A model generated the notes under the pieces. It had not been told where the DNA came from, did not search any database, and was given only the letters and a program-made list of their open reading frames with translations. DNA of 64,000 nt, from contig SMSO01000032.1 in the NCBI GenBank assembly GCA_004764695.1, forward strand, positions 8,340,483 through 8,404,482, in the 5' to 3' direction. Each line of letters opens with the position of its first letter. Position 1 is the first letter of the stretch. Both the position numbers and the translations under genes were made by a program. The DNA comes from Schizochytrium sp. TIO01 (Eukaryota; Protista; Bigyra: Labyrinthulomycetes). Below, piece after piece: positions 36,475-44,793 of the stretch.

Positions 36475-36810
36475 CCGAGATTCTCCGCAAGCTTGCTCTT
36501 TGGCTCTGTGAAAACTACAGTGTTATCCTTTTGTCTGAAGGTGAAACCTCAACAAGTGAACAACGTGGATCAAAGTTAAGACAGCTGGAATGATGTGTCG
36601 TTCAAGCGCTCATTCACAAAGCCGAACTTCCCCTCTGCCAGTGGTATAAACTGTTTTTTTTAATCAAGAGAATTGCACTTTCAAACCATGAAATGAATGA
36701 ATGTGGTACTATTCACGACAAGCTCGGAACATCCTCCCAAAAAATGTAAACACGTCGTTGATCGTAATATCCACGACGCCAGAGGCATCCTTTTGCGCTG
36801 CCTACCCATC
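36474..36810 (+). pseudogene. tnpB: Fanzor2 / IS607-TnpB RNA-guided nuclease, C-terminal part, disrupted
   Basis: AEILRKLALWLCENYSVILLSEGETS (36474-36551); IKVKTAGMMC (36569-36598); QALIHKAELP; QENCTFKP*NE (from 36665); ECGTIHDKLG (36699-36728); CKHVVDRNIHDARGILLRCL (36745-36804). Fanzor2 pattern: HRKLA.WLCENY..ILLP.FET..KTAR.M..L.HKA..E.YTSKTC..CG.IH.KLG..C....DRD.N.ARNILLR. Confidence 0.9.
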
Positions 36811-36930
36811 CAAGGACACAATTTAAGAATTGCCTTTGAGTCGCGGGGTAATTTTATCCAGCGATTGGACCTTATTGGCCCCACCTTGTGACCATCGGAA
36901 ATGCAAGTTTTGCAAATATTATTGGTTGAA
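36805..36930 (+). ncRNA. Candidate remnant of the omega-RNA scaffold / element right end
   Basis: Positional inference only: TnpB/Fanzor omega-RNAs overlap the 3' end of the ORF and run to the element right end. Structure not verified. Confidence 0.3.
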
Positions 36931-38104
36931 CTCCAAGAGATGCCTTCTGCAGTAAATATCACTTGGCGAGGTCCGCGGGAACCTCTTCAGCGAACCACTG
37001 CTTCAGCTACCATAATCCACCCCTCCCATGCTCCATGCTGGAATGCTTGCCTGGTGGCGAGCGGAGTAGCCAACCGCTGTGCACGACGAGCCGAAGCCAG
37101 CAGCCATCCATCTTGGCGCCGCATGCGTGGCCTTTCCCCACTCCGCTCACAGGTGGTCTAAACAACAGCGGTAATTTTTCATTATATGGCAGGCAGATCT
37201 ATCACCCTGTCTATCACTTGGAGGTAGGTAGGTACATGAGCATCATCTTCAAGTTCTTGGTTGGGAGGTTCCCTTTGACTTTCAACCTGCCTCCAAGCCA
37301 AGCTGCGAAGCTGTGAGAATCTGTGCTGCTGCTGCCTTTCAGAGGGGAGGTGCCATAGCTGGTGGGCCAAATGATTGGATGATTCTGATCGGCGGTCTTT
37401 TGATCTCTGATTCAACAAAGCTCGTCGTCATCGTAAGATACCACATCAAGCAAACTCTGCGAACTTCCAACACATTAGGATATATACACTCCACCCATGG
37501 TCAGCCTTGACACAACAACCCATGGGTCACCCTGGGGTTGCTGTTATGTACGGCAGTAGAGCGGTGTGCGCCGTCGCTTCAATCTGATAGGCATCCTCTG
37601 GGTCATGAACTTTTAACATGCAGTGATACAGTGGGGTGCGGAGCTCATCGTCAAGGAGCGGTGTGCAGTACCTTTCCGTTGGTGTATTAGAGACGATGGA
37701 TGAGAGCTCTGTAGATTGTATGAAGAATCAGATGTGCTTGACGAAATGCTCACATGAAAAAAAAAAGTTGTTGCTTTTTCTTTACTTTTTTTGTTGTTTA
37801 GTTGTTAATTTTGTTAATTACTTGATTGGTCTAATTATAATAATAGTTATGACAGTTCGTTCGTTCGTTAGTTAGTTGCCTATGCTATGGTTAGATTGCG
37901 GTTTAGTCTTACTTTTGTCGTGTTTGTTTGAACTGGAATGATTCAAATTCACTATATCTTCATCGATCCCAACGTTCCCTCGCTCCTCTGTTTGGAGCCT
38001 CGCCGCAGTGCGGGCAAGCAGGATCTCCGTTGCGTTGCCTGTTGCTCCCTCTGTTTCAGTGCTGAGCTAGGTGATTTCCGCGCGGTTGCGCTCCGGATGG
38101 CATC

Positions 38105-41100
38105 ATGGAAAGCCTTCGAGCGATTCATGGGTATGGGTCGCTGCGAATGACGCCCTCGCTCGTGGACGGAAATGATATTGATCTTTTTGTAGACCTGCTC
38201 GATGCTGCTGTTGATGGGAACCTGAGCCGAGTGGAAAGCCTCCTGAAGGTACTTGATGTGGGCGCCGCGAGCAGGCTCGACTTCAGGCGTAACCAGCCGA
38301 CCTTTGGCGAGTCACCTCTGCACAGGGCATCTACGGTTGAGATTGCAAAGGCACTCATCGAGCATGGAGTTCACCTTGATTTGCAAGGTGCCGTTGGCCA
38401 GACGCCACTGCACACGCAGGTCAATAATCCTGCAGTTCTGCAATACTTGCTCAAGCGAGGTGCGGGAGTGGACGCAATGACCGTCGACCATTCGACGCCG
38501 TTGCACTGGGCCGTGGTGCAAGACTGCGCCGAGTCTGTGCAGATACTTCTAGCAGCAGGAGCTAAAGTGGATCATCAAAACGATAGTGGAAATGCGGCGC
38601 TGCATATGGTATGCTCGCTGGAAGTTGCGAGGATCCTTGTGGCGAGTGGGGCAAGACTAGACTTGATTAATAAGGATGGCCAAATCCCGCTCGAAGCGGC
38701 GGCCTCGAGACCCGAAGATGATGTTCACCTCCAAGTTGCAACCTACCTACTCGATGTATCGCATAGCGCAAGTATGAGAGCATCTAGCAGCTTCAATATT
38801 TTTAGACCAGAGTTCGACGGATTGCAGTCAGCGTCGAGTGAGATCGGACCTGACGACGAACACCAGATTCCCATTGATGAACCCAACACAGAAGGCACTG
38901 ATGGAAGCAACGGCATTCACAATAATAATAATAATGCTGCAAGCACTGGCAATAACGAATCGGCAACGGGATCAAGAATGGGTAGCATTTCAGAACTAAG
39001 ACGCTTGAGTACAGGTGAAGAGGTCCGTTCTGTACTTAAGAAGGTTGATGCTCGGGAGCGATGGCGCATTGTACGCCAAAGGGTACTTAAGGGTGAACTA
39101 CGTGGGGCTGCAGGAATCGGTGGTAGAGTACCGAAGCGCCTGCGGTTTGCATCCGATGTTGCGAAGTTTGGCCGAGCTGCAAGTACAGCAAGCTCGTGGA
39201 GCGGTGGCGATACTATGCCTTCTTTGCTTCAGGCACGAACGGATGAGTTCTACTATCGATTCTTTGAAGTCATGGTTCGGGACCGACCCAAACTCGCACT
39301 TCGAATGCTAGATCGCCAACGTACCTTTTTGTTCGCTCGTGGTAATGACAAAATATACTCATATGATCTCCTGCTCACTGGTGGGCCCGTGAGCAGCAAC
39401 GAAGTTCTGAACAAAATGGTACGGGACGAAAGGCATGAGTTGATATCTCACGAAGTTGTGCAGTGGGTTTTCAACATCCGATGGATACTCTTTACCCGTG
39501 AAGCACTGCTCTTTGAATTTGCTGTGCACTGCATTTTCATTGGAACATTTCTTATCACGACTCTCTATGGCGAACAGAACTTGCAGAATTGCTTTATCGA
39601 AGCTTTTCATCTCTTCACACGTGGTCCAACTCCTGAGCGGAACTCTCATCTTATCCAGGCAACCATGGAGCTGGTACTTTGCGTTCTCAACTTGCGGTAT
39701 GTGATGCGGTATGCTGTGGAATGGCACATGCGCGAACGTCTCACGGAGGTCTTTTCTAATCCTTCAATTGATGTTCTGCCGTATGCTTGTGTAATGGTAG
39801 AACAGGTCATGCGTTTGTCAGTAGTGGCAAAATTTGACGATACCTGGGTTGCTGATCTTACAAGTTTTGTATCAGCTATTGGTGCTGTACTCTTATGGAT
39901 TCGTTTGCTCAGTTTTGCTGAGGGCTTTGAAATTATCGGCGTGACAATGTGCACAATCCGGCGCATGCTTCAGGACATTGGTATTTATCTGGTGGTTTTG
40001 CTTATTTATGTTACTGGGTTTAGTCACGCTATCGCATTGATCTTCCGCGGTTCTGATTCTTCCGTGTACGGAACAGTTTACAACAGTTGGATTACGCTTT
40101 ACTTTTTCGTCTTTAATCTCGATGTTGGTGCTTTGGATGAAGAGCCCACAGCCTTCCGAAAGTATATGGGCTATCTCTTAATTGGCATTTACATGGTCGT
40201 TGTTGCACTTGTTATTCTAAACGTGATTATTGCCATCATGACCAACACCTTTGATGAGATTCAACAAAACGCTAAAGAACAATGGCTCTTACAGCGCGCT
40301 CGACTCATTTTGACATATGACATCCGTGAGAAGAGTCTTAAGAAGCTTTATAGAGCCCTTTGCTTTCGTCGTGGACGCTGGCTTAATGGCACGAACCCAG
40401 TGGCTGATGAGGCCTTTCCCGAGCTCCCACGAAAGAATATTGTTGTCGAAAAGGGCACCGGTCAGGTCGAGGTCCAAGTTCCTGCAGAATGGTTGCACGC
40501 CGTCAACCTGATTCGCCGTACTTCTCCTACGTACAATGAGTTTCGCTATAAGCTCTTCCGTGGTTGGAAGCAGTTGCGAAGATCGCCATCATTCTTGTGG
40601 CCTGAGCTAAAGGATACGACTGAGTTCTTTGACCGGGTGGAGGCTGACGAGCAACGAATCGCACAGCAAGCTCTCAACAACGAAGCCATGGCAATCAGCC
40701 GCGAACGCAGTATGACGGGCATGGGCGTAAGTGAGAGTGAAGAGGAGGACGAAGATTCGGATTCTGAAGAATCAAGTTCAGAAGAGTCAGGCTCTGAAGA
40801 CGACGAGTCCAATTCTGAAGAAGATGAGGAGGTTGAAGCTGTTAACAGTCAGGACGATCTTGCTTTTGAAGACGACTCTCGGCATGGAGGTTCTCGGGCT
40901 CCTCTACTTCGTGGTGCTACATCAGCTCGCATGTACAGCAGCGGCTATAGTTCTGCTAGTGGTAGTAATGGAAATGGAAAGTCAACTACACGTCAGCGTG
41001 GTGTTTCCACGGCGTCACATTCTTCTGCAGCTTCGTCCTCTGAAGGAGCGCATATCAGGCGATTCAATAGCTCTGATAATTCTGCCCTGCGCACTGGCGT

Positions 41101-41842
41101 GGAGGATGAACTGGTGTATATTGGGTTCTATCAGCGCAACCCGAAGCGCATAGCTGCGGATCGTGTTATGCAAAGTGCTATGGCCTTGCAGCGCGCCATC
41201 CCGCGACCTTCTTTCGTGGCTGCAGACCTTTCGAGCGCAGCAAGTTCTGCGCGCATGGAGTCAGAAGATACCACGCCTGCAGATATTCCAATAGAACCTC
41301 AATCACCCAGATCCGGGCCTGCGAGTGGAGATGTGGCTTCCAACCCGGAGAGTCTCACTTATTCTATGTCTGCTCCTACAATGGGAGGAATTGTACGCCG
41401 CCGTGGTAAATCATTTAAGCGGCATACCACAACTTTAGAAGGCCAAATTCAGCACGAAGTTGAAGATATGCAAGATGTGATGGCCTTGCACCATACTCTT
41501 CCAACTCATACTAGCATGGCAGAAGATACCATGAACTTACGCAATGAGGCAGCTATTGAGCATTTAACAGGTCTTGTTGTTCGCCTATCTGATCAGGTGT
41601 CCGCGTTGGAAGATAAAATCACGTCAATGGGAGCGAGTAAGCGATCTCCCCCAACATTGCAGTCTCCCCCAATTTTCGAGCTTCCTCCACATGCTAATGA
41701 AGAGCAAGATCTATCGAACGCAATGGTCGGTCCTCCTCGGACAAATATTATGTCTGAATCTTTGCAAGACGAGGATGACAATCAGGCCCCACCACGCTTG
41801 AACTTGTCATCATCTTCACTTCACAACATGCATCATGAATGA
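38105..41842 (+). CDS. Ankyrin-repeat TRP-family cation channel
   Basis: About 5 ankyrin repeats (ESPLHRA, GQTPLH, STPLHWA, GNAALH, GQIPLE); 6-TM region with S4-S5 LLWIRLLSFAEGFEIIG..IRRMLQDI and S6 ILNVIIAIMTNTF; TRP-box-like EQWLLQRARLIL; C-terminal coiled coil. Confidence 0.92.
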   Translation: MESLRAIHGYGSLRMTPSLVDGNDIDLFVDLLDAAVDGNLSRVESLLKVLDVGAASRLDFRRNQPTFGESPLHRASTVEIAKALIEHGVHLDLQGAVGQTPLHTQVNNPAVLQYLLKRGAGVDAMTVDHSTPLHWAVVQDCAESVQILLAAGAKVDHQNDSGNAALHMVCSLEVARILVASGARLDLINKDGQIPLEAAASRPEDDVHLQVATYLLDVSHSASMRASSSFNIFRPEFDGLQSASSEIGPDDEHQIPIDEPNTEGTDGSNGIHNNNNNAASTGNNESATGSRMGSISELRRLSTGEEVRSVLKKVDARERWRIVRQRVLKGELRGAAGIGGRVPKRLRFASDVAKFGRAASTASSWSGGDTMPSLLQARTDEFYYRFFEVMVRDRPKLALRMLDRQRTFLFARGNDKIYSYDLLLTGGPVSSNEVLNKMVRDERHELISHEVVQWVFNIRWILFTREALLFEFAVHCIFIGTFLITTLYGEQNLQNCFIEAFHLFTRGPTPERNSHLIQATMELVLCVLNLRYVMRYAVEWHMRERLTEVFSNPSIDVLPYACVMVEQVMRLSVVAKFDDTWVADLTSFVSAIGAVLLWIRLLSFAEGFEIIGVTMCTIRRMLQDIGIYLVVLLIYVTGFSHAIALIFRGSDSSVYGTVYNSWITLYFFVFNLDVGALDEEPTAFRKYMGYLLIGIYMVVVALVILNVIIAIMTNTFDEIQQNAKEQWLLQRARLILTYDIREKSLKKLYRALCFRRGRWLNGTNPVADEAFPELPRKNIVVEKGTGQVEVQVPAEWLHAVNLIRRTSPTYNEFRYKLFRGWKQLRRSPSFLWPELKDTTEFFDRVEADEQRIAQQALNNEAMAISRERSMTGMGVSESEEEDEDSDSEESSSEESGSEDDESNSEEDEEVEAVNSQDDLAFEDDSRHGGSRAPLLRGATSARMYSSGYSSASGSNGNGKSTTRQRGVSTASHSSAASSSEGAHIRRFNSSDNSALRTGVEDELVYIGFYQRNPKRIAADRVMQSAMALQRAIPRPSFVAADLSSAASSARMESEDTTPADIPIEPQSPRSGPASGDVASNPESLTYSMSAPTMGGIVRRRGKSFKRHTTTLEGQIQHEVEDMQDVMALHHTLPTHTSMAEDTMNLRNEAAIEHLTGLVVRLSDQVSALEDKITSMGASKRSPPTLQSPPIFELPPHANEEQDLSNAMVGPPRTNIMSESLQDEDDNQAPPRLNLSSSSLHNMHHE

Positions 41843-42790
41843 CTGAACTTAATATGAATTACAGCACATTAATTTTTGTTTTCTCGTCTTTGATTCTTGT
41901 TTTCTACAGCTGTAATTTCCAACCTATATGGAATGATATATACATATATGATGATCTTGTGAATAGCTAAATTACAATTTATGATGAATATTACTTTTTG
42001 TAACATGCAGCTCAAGTTTTATATATATGTGGCGACTGCTCTTTGTCCCCTGCCCTTGACATAAATATAGTAAAACAAAATAAACGAGAAATATGAAGCG
42101 TTTTCCTCTAGAGCTATTTGACACTGTCCAGTAGCCGACGGGGTAGTCAGCTAGCTATACGGTCTGTCTCTGGAAATTTTAAATCTCGATAAGCTCCAAC
42201 AAAGTGTGGCATATGCTGAATGAAGTTCGGGAGCTCTGAGGAACCCGCACAATTTTGTTTCCGACCAATAGTGTACTTCGGTGAAACATGCTAGTGGATT
42301 TATTAGCATGTGCACGTGAAAATGTGGCCAACCGTGCTCCCACATTTGCATTCTTGGGTTTTTGGAATTATGATATGCCAGAGGCCGCGTGCATACATAC
42401 ATACATATTTACGTCGTTTCGATGGAGTACTGGGACCATGGGGACCAGAAAACCGGGTGATGATCTTTTCTTGGGCGGGTCGGTTAGCGCTAAAACGGGC
42501 TACTTTGATTTTTGATTATTTTCGCAAGACGGATGTAAGATTGTGAAGCTAAAGATAAGGAAAATACACATTTGAATAGGGAATACAATAATAAGGGTGA
42601 CGAGCGGATGGGTGTTAAGAAGGGATTATGGGAGATACATGTTAAATACAGGAACAGCATCCTTTGTTTTGTGCAGCAAACTTCGTCTCCACTGCTAGCT
42701 CTCAAAAGCTCGCGATCCAGAGACTCGGTTCCTGGCAGGCAACCCAAAAGCGAGGGCACCAGATAGGGGTATCAGGTTGCTGCCCGCTTA

Positions 42791-43102
42791 TTAGTCGCGC
42801 TTGCGGTGCACTATCTTCGCCTTTTTGTCTACAATGGTTTGTTGTTGACGGCGGTCGTGATGGCTGTGTTCCTCTTCTGCATCCTCGTCGTGGTCCTCGT
42901 TGCCCTTGGGTGCCTCCTGAGCCTGCAAGGCGTCAAGGTTGCCAAGGGCGAATTCCAAGCTCACCACGTAAAGGAACTGACGCTGCATCTCGCAAAGCGT
43001 CTTGATTGTTGGTGGGAGTTGGCTTGTGTTGTCGAAAATAGGTGACTCTGAATGCGGACGGCCCTTGCCGAGCTCGTGCGCTGATGCTGGTTGAAGAAGC
43101 AT
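42791..43102 (-). CDS. Small orphan protein (103 aa)
   Basis: CACA-ATG at 43102 (MLLQPASAHEL...); central amphipathic helix and acidic/His patch; GC-richer than its flanks; AT-rich sequence downstream. Confidence 0.45.
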   Translation of the reverse strand: MLLQPASAHELGKGRPHSESPIFDNTSQLPPTIKTLCEMQRQFLYVVSLEFALGNLDALQAQEAPKGNEDHDEDAEEEHSHHDRRQQQTIVDKKAKIVHRKRD

Positions 43103-44754
43103 TGTGTTGACTTGGGTGTGGTCTTGCTGCTTCAATGAGCGAATGTTTTGTGTTTGAGCCGTGGCTGCGACGTGTTTGGCGCCGGGCTAGAGTTTGAGAT
43201 CTGTTCTTTGCTCGCTAGCTCAAGCAAGTCCACTCGAGTATTTGCAACTGTTAATGCTGTAAACGTCGAGGAAGCAGACGAGAGACCTGACTCGATAATG
43301 TTATTACTTGCCAATCCTCTTGCCGTATAGTCCACACCCTGAATCCCAATTGCCTAGCGTTGTGAACAGTGAAGTGGAGTCAATTGACAACGGTGCCTGC
43401 TATCTGTTTGGCTAAAAAGGTTTGGATCAACAATCAATGTTGTCGAGAATGGACTCTCGAGCTTATTGATATATTTAGAGAGAGTACGTTACAGTGCGTT
43501 TGGGCTCTGGTTCTCTTCTTTTGCTTCTCACAGCAAGAGTTGGTTATCGCCTTTATATGTATATATGAGTACCAAGCAACTGGATAAGTCCAGTCCCCAC
43601 ACAGTGCACTTAACTATCGCACGCTTAGACGAAGCACTGCCTCAAACCAAGCGGTAGTCTCTCCTTTCGCTGTCGCTCGCAGGCTTGTATAATTACAAGT
43701 TTGCTGTCTCTCTCTCTGTCTGCGCTCCGATCGATCAGCGAATCGCTTGCCGTCGCCTCGGACTTGTTCGCCTCAGTCGTGAAGATGTACCGAACAGCGG
43801 CTGTCGAAGTTTGGGGCGTTGAAACCTACCCCTGTTCACAAGGGACTGATTTCTGCTTTCTTTCCCTTTATTCAATGAGAAGAATGAACGAAAGAAGAAA
43901 GAAAGAAAGAAAGAAAGAAAGTAACACAGAGAGCGAAACCTTCGAACGACTGAATGAATTAATTAATCAACTCAGTTCGACCAATTGATCGAACGATGAA
44001 AATTAATTAATCGCCGCAGAGCACGTGTCGAATGGCCGCTCAAGTCAAGGTTCGGGACCTGGAGCCTGGGCGAGACGCTCGATCGATCGAGAGGACTAAC
44101 TAACTAGCTAGCTAACTAACTAACTATAGCTAGCTCGAGGGCTGGGCGCTTCAGGGAAGCGGCCGGACGAGGCAAGTGAGCGAGTGGATTTATGGACGCT
44201 AGTTAGCTAGCTCGGGCTGCTTCTTACAGTGGTTCTCTCGCGTTGTTGTTGTAGTTGTAGTTGTTGTTGTTGTTGTGGCTTTTACTCTGATGGTCGTGAA
44301 CTTGGACTCACTTGGTCCCACAAACGAGCAGTCCACTCCTCTGAGAGAACGCAGTAACCGCTAGGTAACTCCTACCTACCTGTATCAGAACAGAACGAAC
44401 GCGCACAAGACACAGTGTCACTGTCCACTTTCCTCCGCCTAGACAGACAAACAAACAAACAAACAAATAAACAGGCAATTACTTCAGAACAACGCAGCAG
44501 AGACGAATGACAACAGGTAACCAACCTGCTGAAACGCGGGTCTTCGTTCTGTTCCTCTGCGCCGAACGACCGTCGTCAGACCAACGCGGACTGAGGCAGG
44601 CAGGCACTCGCTGCCTTCTTCAACCCACGAGATCGAGAGAGACGAAATGAATGAAACGAAGACAAAAGGGGAAAAAAGAAAAGAAAAAGAGAAAAGCGCT
44701 TTCTCTTCTTTTCTCCGCGCCGCCTCTTCGCCGAAGTCGAGCCGAACCGAGGCA

Positions 44755-44793
44755 AACCTAACCTAACCTAACCTAACCTAACCTAACCTAACC
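44755..44793 (-). repeat. Interstitial (TTAGG)n telomere-type repeat, ~8 units
   Basis: Perfect (AACCT)7 AACC on the + strand. Confidence 0.85.

Larger units (their letters stand above)
36045..36930 (+). mobile_element. Decayed, internally deleted IS607-family element (tnpA + Fanzor2/tnpB); boundaries approximate
   Basis: Colinear tnpA and tnpB/Fanzor motif remnants in the canonical IS607 order on one strand, joined at ~36474. No TIRs seen, as expected for IS607. Confidence 0.85.

Noticed and set aside
36697-36891. 64-aa track ORF as a functional small protein
   Set aside because: It is one frame of the disrupted Fanzor/TnpB pseudogene, with the RuvC-III Asp mutated.
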